A stretch of DNA of 64,000 nucleotides from an uncultured delta proteobacterium (GTDB lineage Bacteria > Desulfobacterota > Binatia > UBA9968). Positions 1 through 11,213 of this stretch are shown here, in pieces (position 1 is the stretch's first letter; the number at the start of each line of letters is the position of its first letter). The notes beneath the pieces were generated by a model. The model was not told where the DNA came from. It saw only the letters and a program-made list of their open reading frames with translations, and made no database searches. The position numbers were made by a program, and so were the translations under genes. Location: the NCBI GenBank assembly GCA_963728565.1, contig CAVSLC010000003.1:64001-128000 (forward strand), given 5' to 3'.

Positions 1-237
1 TACCAGTGGATTTTGATTGCTCGAGTGGTGATATCCTGGATTGACGCCGACCCCTATAATCCGATAGTGCGATTTATTTATAATTTGACAGAGCCGGTGC
101 TCGAGAGGGTTCGTGAACGGCTACCTTTAGTTGCCGGCGGATTTGATCTCTCTCCTCTGATTGTTTGGCTCGCCATCTGGTTTATCAAGCGATTTCTGGT
201 TCAATCGCTTTATGACCTTGCTTATGCGTTGAGGTAA
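1..237 (+). CDS. yggT: YggT family membrane protein (5' truncated by window edge)
   Basis: ARVVISWIDADPYNPIVRFIYNLTEPVL...GFDLSPLI is the YGGT signature; frame open from base 1. Confidence 0.9.
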   Translation, partial: YQWILIARVVISWIDADPYNPIVRFIYNLTEPVLERVRERLPLVAGGFDLSPLIVWLAIWFIKRFLVQSLYDLAYALR

Positions 238-465
238 TCGCCAGGGATGCGTTCGTGAAATCTCGACATGGCCGTATATTCGCATGAATCGATCGAATGC
301 TCGCCCCGCTGTTATGGCCCGCATTGGTCTTGCCCATCGCGCGGCGGCCGGAGTTTTTACGTGGCGCCGGCCACAGCAAGGACAGTGACGTCTGAACCTA
401 AGAAAAAGAAGACTGTTCGCTCCATAACTTAGTCTCGGCATTATTCACAAAGGGAGATTGTTCTC

Positions 466-1884
466 ATGAAGATTTTCTTAGAAGGGCGTTGGATTGATAA
501 GGCCAACAAGATCGAGGTCAAAAACCCTTTCGATAATTCGGTCATCGATACGGTTCCCAAAGCGGATGCCAGCGATGTGGAAAAGGCGCTGGCTTATGCC
601 GAACGTGGAGCCAAGGTGATGGCCAAACTGACCAGCTATCAGCGTTGGAAAATCCTGCGCACGGCGGCAGATCTAATGGCGGCGCGCAACGAAGAGCTCG
701 GCCAAACCATATCTAAGGAAGAAGGAAAGATCATCGCCGAGGGGCGGGGAGAAGCAGGCCGAGCGGTGGAAACTATGATGGGATCTGCCGAGGAGGCCAA
801 GCGCTTACACGGGGAAACCGTCCCGCTGGATGCGGATCCTACCGGGGCTAAGAAGTTAGGATTCACGCTACGCGTGCCCTGCGGTGTCGTTGCAGCCATC
901 GCGCCATTTAACTTTCCATTAAATCTCGTTTGTCACAAAGTCGGTCCGGCGCTCGCAGCGGGAAATTCGGTGATCGTCAAACCGGCTTCCGATACACCGC
1001 TGTCGGCCTTGAAGCTCACGGAAATTCTTTTGGAAGCTGGACTCCCGCCGGAAGGGATTCAATGCATCACAGGATCGGGCGGTGAGATCGGTGATGCTCT
1101 GGTTAAAGACCGCCGCGTGCGAAAAATCACATTTACCGGCAGCCGTGAAATTGGCGATCGAATTTGCCGAATGGCGGGGATAAAAAAAGTTACGATGGAA
1201 CTCGGCTCCAACAGCCCGCTTATCATCATGCCCGACGCCGATTTAAACAGAGTGGCGGCCGCAGTGGCGACGACCGGTTACGGCAATGCCGGGCAAACCT
1301 GCATCTCGACTCAAAGGGTGCTTACGGCAAAAAAAGTTTACGGCGACTTCCTTGATGCTTTGAAACCCAAAGTTGAAGCCCTCAGCACCGGCAATCAACT
1401 CGATGAAGGATCAAAAGTCGGGCCGATGGTAAAGGAGAGCGAGGCGGTCCGCGTCGAAGACTGGATCGAAGAAGCGGTTGCCTCCGGTGCGCGCTTGGCG
1501 GCCGGTGGTGGTCGGCGCGGCGCGATCTACATGCCAGCAGTGGTGGCCGATGTTACGCCAGATATGCGCATCTCGCGCGATGAGCTATTCGGTCCGGCGG
1601 TGGCGGTGACTCCGTTTGAAAATATCGAAGAGGCCATTGCGCTCGCCAACGATAGTATCTACGGCTTGGCGGCAGGCATCTTTACGGAAAATGTGGAATG
1701 GGCCATGAAATTCGCGCGTGAAGCCGAGGCCGGCAATCTGCATGTTAACTGGGGCCCGCAATGGCGCGTGGACCTTATGCCTTACGGCGGACTTAAGGAC
1801 TCAGGCTTTGGCAAGGAAGGTCCAAGGTATGCGGTGGAAGAAATGACCGAGCTCAAGATGGTGGTATTTCACCTGAATAGCTGA
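466..1884 (+). CDS. NAD(P)-dependent aldehyde dehydrogenase, substrate unknown
   Basis: PFNFPLN, KPAS, FTGS, ELGSNSP (catalytic Glu), GQTCIS (catalytic Cys), [18 protein letters not shown]; SD GGGAG upstream. Confidence 0.95.
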   Translation: MKIFLEGRWIDKANKIEVKNPFDNSVIDTVPKADASDVEKALAYAERGAKVMAKLTSYQRWKILRTAADLMAARNEELGQTISKEEGKIIAEGRGEAGRAVETMMGSAEEAKRLHGETVPLDADPTGAKKLGFTLRVPCGVVAAIAPFNFPLNLVCHKVGPALAAGNSVIVKPASDTPLSALKLTEILLEAGLPPEGIQCITGSGGEIGDALVKDRRVRKITFTGSREIGDRICRMAGIKKVTMELGSNSPLIIMPDADLNRVAAAVATTGYGNAGQTCISTQRVLTAKKVYGDFLDALKPKVEALSTGNQLDEGSKVGPMVKESEAVRVEDWIEEAVASGARLAAGGGRRGAIYMPAVVADVTPDMRISRDELFGPAVAVTPFENIEEAIALANDSIYGLAAGIFTENVEWAMKFAREAEAGNLHVNWGPQWRVDLMPYGGLKDSGFGKEGPRYAVEEMTELKMVVFHLNS

Positions 1885-1951
1885 TCTGACAAACAGCTTT
1901 GGCAACCAGCGAACACCAGAGTTAAACAGCGTGCAAGCATCGGAACCAGTG

Positions 1952-2674
1952 ATGAGAAGCGATGGGCGAAAACCCAAACAACTGCGGGCAATAAAAATAG
2001 CGCCGGGCTACCTAAAGACTGCCGATGGTTCGGTGTTGATCGAGATGGGCGACACGAAAGTAATTTGCACCGCTAAATTGGAAGACCGTGTGCCGCCTTT
2101 CCTGCGCAATAGCGGTAAGGGTTGGATCACCGCCGAATATGGCATGTTGCCGGGTTCATCACAGGCGCGCATCGGCCGCGAGTCCTCCCGCGGCAAAGTG
2201 GGTGGCAGAACCCACGAGATTCAACGCTTGATTGGCCGCAGTTTGCGGGCGATTACGGATTTGACCAATCTGGGTGAGCGTACGGTCTGGATCGATTGCG
2301 ATGTGATCCAGGCGGACGGTGGCACCCGCACCGCTTCGATTACCGGCGCTTATGTTTCTCTGTGCCAAGCAATTCGTAGTTGGCAAAAGCGTGGAATCAT
2401 TTCGCAAGAACCTATCAAAGACTCCGTTGCCGCGGTAAGCATTGGAATCGTAGATGGCAAGATCCTGCTAGATCTATGTTACGAGGAGGATAGCAAAGCG
2501 GACGTCGATATGAATTTCGTTATGACAGGGTCCGGTAAGTTCGTCGAAGTTCAAGGTACTGCGGAGAGCGCCCCTTTTACCAGGAAACAAATGGATAAGA
2601 TGTCGGAGATTGCCGAACACGGCATCAAGGAGTTGCTCAGGGCGCAGAAACAAGCTCTCACCTTCACTTCTTGA
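1952..2674 (+). CDS. rph: Ribonuclease PH
   Basis: [48 protein letters not shown]; alternative GTG start at 1931. Confidence 0.97.
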   Translation: MRSDGRKPKQLRAIKIAPGYLKTADGSVLIEMGDTKVICTAKLEDRVPPFLRNSGKGWITAEYGMLPGSSQARIGRESSRGKVGGRTHEIQRLIGRSLRAITDLTNLGERTVWIDCDVIQADGGTRTASITGAYVSLCQAIRSWQKRGIISQEPIKDSVAAVSIGIVDGKILLDLCYEEDSKADVDMNFVMTGSGKFVEVQGTAESAPFTRKQMDKMSEIAEHGIKELLRAQKQALTFTS

Positions 2675-2687
2675 AGTCGTCAATGCG

Positions 2688-3308
2688 ATGTTCGATCTAC
2701 TTGTCGGGACAACCAACAGCGGGAAATTGAGGGAGATCAAAATTTTTCTGAAACATCTGCCGCTTCATATTATCTCCTTAAATGACTTATACGATCCACC
2801 GGTGATTGCTGAAGATGGGCAATCGTTCGAAGAAAATGCTCTCAAAAAGGCGCGAACGCTTGCGGAGTGGTCCGGCTACCGCACATTGGCGGATGATTCG
2901 GGATTGGAAGTTGATGCTCTCGATGGTAGGCCTGGGATTCTTTCGGCGCGATTTAGCGGCGCTGAGGCTGGTGACGCCGGCAATAACAGCAAGCTCCTCG
3001 AAGAAATGAGGGGCATTTGCGAGGAAAAACGAACTGCGCGGTTTGTTTGTGTTTTGGCCTTGTGCCTCCCGAGATTGCGTGGTGATAAGCAGTGCACCGT
3101 GCGGGGTAGTTGCGAAGGATTCATCGGGGTTGCTCCTAAAGGAAGGAATGGCTTCGGGTATGATCCGCTGTTTTTCTACCCGCCATTGGGGAGGACCTTC
3201 GGCGAAATCGATCAGCGGACGAAGATAACCGTCAGTCATCGCGGCAAAGCGCTTGCAAAGCTCGCCGAGGTCCTGCCGGCATGTTTCGATTTGGCTGGAA
3301 AACCTTGA
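2688..3308 (+). CDS. rdgB: Non-canonical purine NTP pyrophosphatase (RdgB/Ham1)
   Basis: TTNSGKLREI, ADDSGLEVDAL, GFGYDPLF, SHRGKAL; typical position after rph. Confidence 0.95.
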   Translation: MFDLLVGTTNSGKLREIKIFLKHLPLHIISLNDLYDPPVIAEDGQSFEENALKKARTLAEWSGYRTLADDSGLEVDALDGRPGILSARFSGAEAGDAGNNSKLLEEMRGICEEKRTARFVCVLALCLPRLRGDKQCTVRGSCEGFIGVAPKGRNGFGYDPLFFYPPLGRTFGEIDQRTKITVSHRGKALAKLAEVLPACFDLAGKP

Positions 3309-3349
3309 TTTACTTCTTTAGCCATGTAGAATTGAGCCTGTTCATTTGA

Positions 3350-3426
3350 CGGGGCGTAGCGCAGCCTGGTAGCGCACCTGCCTTGGGCGCAGGGGGTCGG
3401 AAGTTCAAATCTTCTCGCCCCGACCA
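3350..3426 (+). tRNA. tRNA-Pro(TGG)
   Basis: Cloverleaf, anticodon arm cctgc-cTTGGGc-gcagg with TGG anticodon, ends CCA. Confidence 0.95.
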
Positions 3427-3437
3427 TCAAGACTGCT

Positions 3438-3492
3438 GAGTAATGAGTGTTGAGTTTCAGTAACTCATCGCTTATTACTCGCTGTTTTTTTT
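3438..3492 (+). terminator. Long hairpin plus T-run between tRNA-Pro and tRNA-Arg
   Basis: gagtaatgagtgttgagtt / aactcatcgcttattactc (with G-U pairs) followed by gctg and T8. Confidence 0.5.
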
Positions 3493-3569
3493 GCGCCAGT
3501 AGCTCAGTTGGATAGAGCAACGGCCTTCTAAGCCGTAGGTCAGGGGTTCGAATCCCTTCTGGCGCGCCA
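3493..3569 (+). tRNA. tRNA-Arg(TCT)
   Basis: Anticodon arm acggc-ctTCTaa-gccgt, GTTCGAATC T-loop, CCA. Confidence 0.95.
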
Positions 3570-3583
3570 GTGTCGGGTTATAT

Positions 3584-3660
3584 GGTGAGTGTAGCTCAAC
3601 GGTTAGAGCACTGGACTGTGGCTCCAGGGGTTGAGGGTTCAAATCCCTTCACTCACCCCA
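3584..3660 (+). tRNA. tRNA-His(GTG), with encoded G-1
   Basis: Anticodon arm ctgga-ctGTGgc-tccag, ends CCCA. Confidence 0.95.
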
Positions 3661-3723
3661 TATTGTTAGTTCCGTGTTCTCAGTTCGGTACAAGGTTCGT
3701 GCCTGCCGAGTAATAGTTTGTTT

Positions 3724-3799
<76 letters not shown>

Positions 3800-4075
3800 A
3801 AATCTTCTTAGCCCGAGGCTATCTCTTTAGCCCCCCAATCGGTGACACCTGAGCCGTTCGGCTAGAACCTAGTCGGTCCTTAGGGTATTTAGCCTGCATT
3901 GTTCAGGATATTTCGCCTTTTGCTCTGTGTTCCTTGCCGCTTCTCGCGTAGCGCCGATGCGTTTTCTTCGTAACGTGATCGCGCAGAAATCAATTGTTAA
4001 GGCTTCTCCGTAGTGAGATAATGATTCAGGTTCTATTCGCATATGCGACGCAGCTTGGCAGCTGGCAAGGATTCG

Positions 4076-4597
4076 ATGGATCTGACGGCAACGACCTATT
4101 CTATGACTTTGGAGATCTACTTGCAGTCCGCGGTTCTGCGCGGGGTGCTCGTTACAAATCAGGATCGTCTAAGTAATTACCTGATACTTCGTGAGGGAGA
4201 TGAAGTTCTCTCAATCACAAACGCCACTCTTGACGATTTGCAAGGAAAAACGATGGCGGCCGGCTCAGCCGAATATTTGATCTATATGCAGGAGGTATTT
4301 CTAATCGGCGATTTGAGCCCGCAACTCAGTTCAGATCGGTCCGGGTACGAACATCTTTACGTGAAAAAGGAATCAAACAAAGCCTTGATCAGCGTAGGAC
4401 CCTATTGGCTGAAAGGCGACATTCATATCGTTCCGGGCGCTCCGTTGCATGAGCTCCTATTGGGCAAGACACGTTTTTTCCCGATTACCGACGCCACCTT
4501 AATCGGCAGGCCCGACATAGCATCGCGCACGTATCTAGTGAATCGCACAAAGATTGGTTGCATGACAGCCGTAGGGGACGGTCTGGTTGAGCTTTAA
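4076..4597 (+). CDS. Hypothetical protein with two similar ~80-aa beta-rich halves (DUF6812-like)
   Basis: Halves LEIYLQSAVLRGVL...SITNATL...YLIYMQEVFLI and ALISVGPYWLKGDI...PITDATL...YLVNRTKIGCM align by eye; start uncertain (4043/4076/4103). Confidence 0.6.
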   Translation: MDLTATTYSMTLEIYLQSAVLRGVLVTNQDRLSNYLILREGDEVLSITNATLDDLQGKTMAAGSAEYLIYMQEVFLIGDLSPQLSSDRSGYEHLYVKKESNKALISVGPYWLKGDIHIVPGAPLHELLLGKTRFFPITDATLIGRPDIASRTYLVNRTKIGCMTAVGDGLVEL

Positions 4598-4619
4598 TGG
4601 TAAAGGCAAGTAAGCCCAA

Positions 4620-4940
4620 ATGACTAACCGAGTTCCAACCGAGATCAATCACATTAAAACCCAGGCCGTCGTCAGGATTCTGTGGAATGATGGCCATGCA
4701 GGGAACTATCCAGAAGCGTACCTGAGGGGTCACTGCCCTTGCGCTCTTTGCCAAGGCCACGGCACCACCCGGAAGTTTATCTCCGTTCCGGATGCTAAGT
4801 TGATTGACATCCGGCCGATAGGAAACTACGCGGTAGAATTTCACTGGCACGATGGTCACAGTACCGGCATCTACACCTATGATTATCTCCGATCTCTCTG
4901 TCCGTGCCCAGAGTGCGATTCTTCAGATGATCGCAGTTGA
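4620..4940 (+). CDS. DUF971 / GBBH-like N-terminal metal-binding domain protein
   Basis: WNDGH...YLRGHCPCALCQGH...GNYAVEFHWHDGHSTGIYTYDYLRSL signature. Confidence 0.85.
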   Translation: MTNRVPTEINHIKTQAVVRILWNDGHAGNYPEAYLRGHCPCALCQGHGTTRKFISVPDAKLIDIRPIGNYAVEFHWHDGHSTGIYTYDYLRSLCPCPECDSSDDRS

Positions 4941-5134
4941 TAACTAACGGCTTCGAGCTGTTTGGATTGATCAAGAACTAGTCCTTTCAAATAGCGCCTG
5001 GTTCAGCGAAGCGCCAGGACCCGTGCTTTAATCCCGCGTAAGCCCTAATCCGCAGCAGTACAACAGCATCAAATTGTTCTTGCCGCGCTCACATCGGTTT
5101 GGACTGATTTGAACTAAATAGACCGCGCGAATGC

Positions 5135-5163
5135 TTGACTTAGTGGAATGCCTTTCCTACTCT
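5135..5163 (+). promoter_or_regulatory. Putative sigma70 promoter for tRNA-Leu/tig
   Basis: TTGACT-17 bp-TACTCT. Confidence 0.55.
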
Positions 5164-5214
5164 GTTTTGCTGGTCTAGACGGCAAAACACTGGTCCACAA
5201 TTTGTTCTCTAGAA

Positions 5215-5299
5215 GCGAGAGTGGCGGAACTGGCAGACGCACTAGACTTAGGATCTAGCGGGTAACACCATGGGGGTTCGAGTCCCCCCTCTCGCACCA
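5215..5299 (+). tRNA. tRNA-Leu(TAG)
   Basis: Anticodon arm ctaga-ctTAGga-tctag, long variable arm, CCA; typical position before tig. Confidence 0.95.
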
Positions 5300-5387
5300 G
5301 CGTGTCCGTCGTGAAACAAGGAAGGGGGATGTTGTGTGGTGATCGTGTCGATGCTAAGCCGCAGAGACAGTTGCGAATCACCGCTTT

Positions 5388-6713
5388 ATGGCTATGAAAA
5401 TAGATCTCGCTGAGCTAAGTCCAGTACAACGCAAGGTTCATATCGAGCTACCGGCAAACGAAGTCGCCGGCGAATTCTCTCGCGCCTACCAGGACCTTGG
5501 CAAACGTGTTCGCATCAAGGGATTTCGCACGGGGAAGGCCCCGCGAAGTGTTCTCCAGGGAATCTATGGAGATGAAATAAGAGAGCAAGTCCGTTCACAG
5601 CTAGTCGAACATTCGCTCGGTGAAGTAATCAAAGACCGAGGCTTGCAACTAGTTTCCCGCCCAGAGATCGAGGCCGCCGAGCTCCAAGAGAACGGGGATT
5701 TTTCCTTTTCAGCTGTTTTTGAGGTTAAGCCCGAAATCGATGTTAAGAATTACCTCGGCATCGAGGTCAAGAAACCGCGAATTGCTGTGACCGACGATCA
5801 GATTGATGAAGCGCTAAAACGTTTGCAGCAGAGCCACGCGCGTTTAGAGCCAGTTACCGATCGCATCGTCGCCGAGCGGGGGGATTTCATCGCGGTAGAT
5901 TTTGCCGGCGTCGTGGACGGCAAACCTTTCTCCGGCGGCAAAGGCGACAACTATGTGATAGAGATAGGAGCCGGCCAGGCACTGCCCCAATTTGATGATG
6001 CTCTGCAAGGAGCCAAGCAGGGTGAGGAAAAACAAATCAAGGTTACTTACCCTGAAGACTACCCCAATCGTGGTCTTGCCGGCAAAACTGCCGAGTTCTC
6101 AGTCGTCGTGCGTGAGATCAAGCAGAAAGTACTTCCGACGATCGATGACGAGTTCGCCAAAGATCATGGCGAATGCTCCTCGCTAGAGGAATTGAAGGGA
6201 ATCATTCGTCAACGGCTCGAAGCTGAGCTCGCGCAATACCAAAAAGAAGAGCTCAAGGAACAAATTTTAAACCATTTGATCGAGAGTCATTCCTTTGAGC
6301 CGCCCGCCTCGATGGTAGAGCGTCAAACTCGATATCTCTTGGAACGAAACGCGAGTGCGCTTCCCAACTCGCCTGAACCGGAAACGGCTCCAACCACGGA
6401 AGAAACCAGAAAAGCGCTCGAGACCCGTGCAGTCCGTCAGGTGCAAGCGACATTGTTGGTTGAGAAAATTTCACAGCTAGAAAAAATACATGTCGAAGAT
6501 CGTGACGTTCAAGAGAGAATCGACAAGCTCGTTAGAGCTGCTGGCGAACGTGGGAAGACCCTGCGCGACTTTTATTCCAGATCGGAGGCGCGCGCCGATC
6601 TGCGAACGCAAATAGCCTTTGAGCGCACTCTCGATTTCTTGCTGCAGCAAGCGGCTGTTCAAGAGGTGGATCCTTCTTTAAATAAGGTTGATGACGAAAA
6701 TAAAAAAAGTTAG
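5388..6713 (+). CDS. tig: Trigger factor
   Basis: IKGFRTGKAP ribosome-binding motif, FKBP domain, upstream of clpPX. Confidence 0.95.
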   Translation: MAMKIDLAELSPVQRKVHIELPANEVAGEFSRAYQDLGKRVRIKGFRTGKAPRSVLQGIYGDEIREQVRSQLVEHSLGEVIKDRGLQLVSRPEIEAAELQENGDFSFSAVFEVKPEIDVKNYLGIEVKKPRIAVTDDQIDEALKRLQQSHARLEPVTDRIVAERGDFIAVDFAGVVDGKPFSGGKGDNYVIEIGAGQALPQFDDALQGAKQGEEKQIKVTYPEDYPNRGLAGKTAEFSVVVREIKQKVLPTIDDEFAKDHGECSSLEELKGIIRQRLEAELAQYQKEELKEQILNHLIESHSFEPPASMVERQTRYLLERNASALPNSPEPETAPTTEETRKALETRAVRQVQATLLVEKISQLEKIHVEDRDVQERIDKLVRAAGERGKTLRDFYSRSEARADLRTQIAFERTLDFLLQQAAVQEVDPSLNKVDDENKKS

Positions 6714-6742
6714 AATGACTTGGTGGTAAAGGAGTTTCTAGG

Positions 6743-7345
6743 ATGAATTTTATTCCCATGGTCGTCGAGCAAACCGGCCGCGGCGAGAGAGCCTATGACA
6801 TTTATTCTCGCTTGCTTAAGGATCGCATTGTATTTTTGGGGTCCGTTGTGACCGATGACGTGGCGAATCTGATTACGGCCCAGTTCCTCTTTCTCGAATC
6901 GGAAGATCCTGAACGCGATATTTTCTTCTACATCAATTCTCCGGGCGGATCTGTGACTGCAGGATTAGCGATCTATGATACGATGCAGTACGTCCGACCA
7001 CAGATCTCCACGGTTTGTGTCGGGCAGGCTGCGAGCATGGGCGCCGTGCTCCTTGCCGCCGGCAGTAAAACCAAACGGTATGCGCTGCCCCATGCGCGGA
7101 TTATGATTCACCAGCCGCTGGGTGGATTCCAGGGGCAGGCGGCGGATATTGATATTCAAGCGCGCGAGATTCTTAGAATGCGTGAAGAGTTGAATAACAT
7201 CCTCATGAAACATACCGGGCAAAGCTTAAAGAAGATCGAGAAGGATACCGATCGGGATATGTTCATGTCAGGTAAGCAGGCGCAGGAATACGGTTTGGTT
7301 GACGAGGTGATCGCGACTCGACCTGAAAGCACTTTGAAAAAGTGA
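6743..7345 (+). CDS. clpP: ATP-dependent Clp protease proteolytic subunit
   Basis: [36 protein letters not shown]. Confidence 0.98.
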   Translation: MNFIPMVVEQTGRGERAYDIYSRLLKDRIVFLGSVVTDDVANLITAQFLFLESEDPERDIFFYINSPGGSVTAGLAIYDTMQYVRPQISTVCVGQAASMGAVLLAAGSKTKRYALPHARIMIHQPLGGFQGQAADIDIQAREILRMREELNNILMKHTGQSLKKIEKDTDRDMFMSGKQAQEYGLVDEVIATRPESTLKK

Positions 7346-7366
7346 TTCAACTGAAGCGGGGGTTCT

Positions 7367-8620
7367 ATGCCAAAGCACGGGGATGATCGATCCGGGAATC
7401 TTGTTTGCTCTTTCTGCGGAAAGAGTCAAGACGAGGTTCGCAAGTTGATTGCTGGACCGACCGTATACATTTGCGACGAATGCATCGATCTATGCAACGA
7501 CATCATTGCCGAAGAGTGCGATCACGATGAAACTCTTACGGCCTCATCTAACGTTCCAAAGCCAGCTGAAATCAAAAGAGTTCTAGATCAGTATGTGATC
7601 GGCCAAGAGCGAGCGAAACGGATTCTCGCCGTCGCGGTCCATAACCATTATAAACGCATTGACAGCCAGATGGTGACGGGCGATGTTGAATTGCAGAAGA
7701 GTAACATTCTACTGCTGGGGCCTACCGGTTCCGGAAAGACCTTGTTGGCGCAGACTCTTGCACGTTTTCTGCAAGTGCCCTTCACCATAGCTGATGCAAC
7801 CAGTCTCACAGAGGCGGGGTACGTTGGCGAAGATGTAGAAAATATTATCCTGAACCTGCTGCAAGCGGCGGATTATGACGTTGAAAAGGCGCAGCGAGGA
7901 ATCGTATATATTGACGAGATCGATAAGATTTCTCGAAAATCGGACAATCCGTCGATTACCCGCGATGTCTCGGGGGAGGGTGTGCAACAGGCTCTGCTGA
8001 AGATCATCGAAGGAACCATGGCGAGCGTTCCACCAAAAGGAGGCAGAAAGCATCCGCAGCAGGAGTTTTTACAGGTAGACACGACTAACATTCTATTTAT
8101 CTGTGGCGGCGCTTTCGTCGGCCTGGAAGATATCATCCGTAAGCGGACTGGGAAAAAACGCATGGGCTTCGGCGGTCATCTCGATGAACAAGATGGCAAA
8201 CGGCCCACTGAGCTTTTGCATGAAACGCGGCCGGAGGATCTGCTTAAGTTCGGATTGATTCCAGAATTTATTGGGCGATTGCCCGTGATCGCTACCTTGG
8301 ACGAACTGGATGAATTCGCCTTAGTGCGTATACTGAAAGAACCAAAGAACGCGCTGACAAAACAGTATTCCAAGCTTTTCGAAATGGAAAGCGTGCATCT
8401 TAAATTCACGGAAGAGGCACTTCGATCGATCGCACGGGACGCGATGAAACGTAAATCCGGCGCGCGAGGGCTTAGAGCAATCATGGAAAATATTATGCTC
8501 GATATTATGTATGACATGCCGTCGCAGCCCAACATCAAGGAGGTCGTGATTTCCGAAGAAGTGGTCAACAGAAACGAACCTCCGATTGTTGTGTACACCA
8601 AAGCGGCGGAGAGCGCTTAG
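7367..8620 (+). CDS. clpX: ATP-dependent Clp protease ATP-binding subunit ClpX
   Basis: CSFCGKS zinc finger, [18 protein letters not shown]. Confidence 0.98.
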   Translation: MPKHGDDRSGNLVCSFCGKSQDEVRKLIAGPTVYICDECIDLCNDIIAEECDHDETLTASSNVPKPAEIKRVLDQYVIGQERAKRILAVAVHNHYKRIDSQMVTGDVELQKSNILLLGPTGSGKTLLAQTLARFLQVPFTIADATSLTEAGYVGEDVENIILNLLQAADYDVEKAQRGIVYIDEIDKISRKSDNPSITRDVSGEGVQQALLKIIEGTMASVPPKGGRKHPQQEFLQVDTTNILFICGGAFVGLEDIIRKRTGKKRMGFGGHLDEQDGKRPTELLHETRPEDLLKFGLIPEFIGRLPVIATLDELDEFALVRILKEPKNALTKQYSKLFEMESVHLKFTEEALRSIARDAMKRKSGARGLRAIMENIMLDIMYDMPSQPNIKEVVISEEVVNRNEPPIVVYTKAAESA

Positions 8621-8632
8621 GAAGGGAAACGT

Positions 8633-11102
8633 ATGTTGTTTCGCAGTGATAAAAAGGACGAAAAGGAAAAAGAGCCGGGTGACTCCACCCGCGTCCCGTT
8701 GCTACCTTTGAGGGACATCATTGTCTTCCCACATATGGTCGTGCCGCTTTTCGTCGGCCGCCAACGTTCTATTCGAGCATTGGAAGAAGCTACCCAAAAA
8801 CAAGGGCCAATTTTCTTGTCCTCGCAGAAAGATGCAAAGACGAACGAGCCGGCAGAGGACGACATTTACAAAATTGGCACATTAGGCACTGTTGTCCAGA
8901 TGCTTAAACTTCCGGACGGCACGGTCAAAGTTTTAATTGAAGGAAAGAGGCGCGCTCAGATCGCGCGGTTTGTAAATAATCCTGAGTTTTTCTTGGTAGA
9001 CGTAGAGGAAGCTCCGGAAGTTAATGAGCGGAATACTGAAGTAGAGGCTTTAACGCGCGAGGTCCACACCACGTTTGAGAATTACGTCAAGCTAAAGAAA
9101 AAAATTCCTCCCGAAATGGTGATGTCGGTATCCTCGATCGATGATCCGGGACGACTAGCGGATACCATCGTGGCTCACTTGGGAATTAAGTTAGAAGACC
9201 GGCAAAATCTGCTTGAAACTTTCAATGCGGCCGAACGCCTGGAGAAGGTGTTAGGGCATATGCGTGCGGAAATCGAAATACTTGAGGTCGAGCGTCGTAT
9301 TCGCTCGCGTGTCAAGAAGCAGATGGAGCGTTCACAAAAAGAATACTACCTGAACGAGCAAATGCGCGCGATCCAAAAAGAACTTGGTGAGAAGGACGAG
9401 TTCAAAAACGAGATCCAAGAAATCGAGGAGAAAATCAAGCAAAAAAAGCTGTCGTCGGAAGCCCGCGAGAAGATCGACAAGGAGCTTAAGAAGCTAAAGA
9501 TGATGTCACCGATGTCAGCGGAAGCGACAGTGGTCAGGAACTACATCGACTGGATCTTGAGCTTGCCGTGGAATGAGTTTACCGATGACAAGCTGGATAT
9601 CACCGAAGCCGAACGGGTTTTAGAAGAAGATCATTATGGCCTCGAAAAGGTAAAGGAGAGAATTCTCGAGTACCTTGCGGTGCAAAGTCTCGTGGGTAAA
9701 ATCAAAGGTCCAATTCTGTGTCTCGTCGGGCCTCCTGGAGTTGGAAAAACTTCATTGGGACGGTCGATCGCGCGCGCAACCGGGAAGAAAATTTGTTCGA
9801 GTGTCTTTGGGGGGCGTGCGGGATGAGGCGGAAATCCGCGGCCATCGTCGTACATACATTGGCGCCTTGCCCGGAAAAATCGTCCAGTCGATGAAAAAAG
9901 CGGGGTCGAGCAATCCGGTGTTTTTGATGGACGAGATCGACAAAATGTCGACTGATTTTCGGGGTGATCCTTCGTCTGCATTGCTCGAGGTCTTAGATCC
10001 CGAACAGAATACCGCGTTTAACGATCACTACCTGGATTTGGATTATGACTTGTCCAAGGTGATGTTTATTACGACGGCAAATACTCTTGATCGTATTCCA
10101 CGGCCACTGCAGGACCGCATGGAGATTATTCGAATCGCCGGTTATACGGAACTCGAGAAGCTCAGTATTGCTAAGCGTTATCTCTTGGAGAAGCAGAAAG
10201 AAGCCAATGGACTTACTCCCGAAAACGTCACATTTACCGATAATGCTTTACTGGGCGTCATTCGACACTACACCAAAGAAGCCGGGGTAAGAAGCCTCGA
10301 ACGTGAGATCGCCGCGATCTGCCGAAAGGTTGCCGTTGAGGTAGTCAAGAAAGATCGAAATACTCATATGCAGGTGGGAACAAAGAGCCTCCATAGATAT
10401 TTGGGACCCGTGAAGTACCGCTACGGCAAGGCTGAAGATGAGCAGAAGGTCGGAGTAACGACCGGTTTGGCGTGGACGGAGCTTGGCGGTGAATTGCTGG
10501 CAACGGAAGTGACCGTTATGCCAGGAAAAGGCCAGCTGATCATCACCGGAAAACTGGGCGACGTCATGCAAGAGTCCGCGCAGGCTGCCATGAGCTACGT
10601 GCGGTCGCGAGCGACGGAGCTTGGGTTGGAGAAAGACTTCTATCAAAAAATCGATGTTCACATCCACGTTCCGGAAGGAGCTATCCCTAAAGATGGGCCT
10701 TCGGCTGGGATAACGATGGCGACCTCACTAGTCTCGGCATTGACGACGGTTGCAGTGCGAAATGATCTTGCCATGACCGGCGAAATTACTCTGCGTGGCA
10801 CCATCCTGCCGATCGGCGGGCTCAAGGAAAAGGTATTGGCTGCGCATCGGGCAGGGATCAAGAAAGTGTTAATACCTGCCGAAAATGAGAAAGACATAGA
10901 GGAGATTCCCGCTGCGGTTTTGAAGACTGTGGAGCTTGAATTGGTCGCTCACATGGATGACGTGCTGAAGAAGGCGTTAGTCATTGACAATCCAGAAAAT
11001 CTTTTCAAGCGCCCGCCGGTAACGATCGAATCGAAAGAGGGGCCAGCTCCGTTCGGGGAAAAGATCGAGGATAACGCTCCCGCTGAGATTCTTCCTCAGT
11101 AA
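8633..11102 (+). CDS. lon: Endopeptidase La (Lon), split by an apparent +1 frameshift near 9785-9791
   Basis: N-domain and GPPGVGKT in frame 8633; [32 protein letters not shown] and IGGLKEK in frame 9675; removing one A from gggaagaaaattt restores one ORF. Confidence 0.93.
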
Positions 11103-11119
11103 ATAATTGTTCCGATACT

Positions 11120-11165
11120 TCGGCCAGCCGCGTGGTTTGACACTCGGTTGGCCGACTGTTATAAA
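11120..11165 (+). promoter_or_regulatory. Putative sigma70 promoter for hup overlapping an inverted repeat
   Basis: TTGACA(11137)-17 bp-TATAAA with TGn extension; -35 lies inside the tcggccagccg/cggttggccga inverted repeat. Confidence 0.55.
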
Positions 11166-11213
11166 CTCGCAACGTCTGATTAGATTAGACAGATTTGCTT
11201 GAATGGAAGAGTA

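Noticed and set aside
238-465. Possible riboswitch upstream of the aldehyde dehydrogenase (ggagtttttacg, GC-rich stems)
   Set aside because: Only superficial similarity to a purine-riboswitch core; the remaining consensus and an expression platform are not visible.
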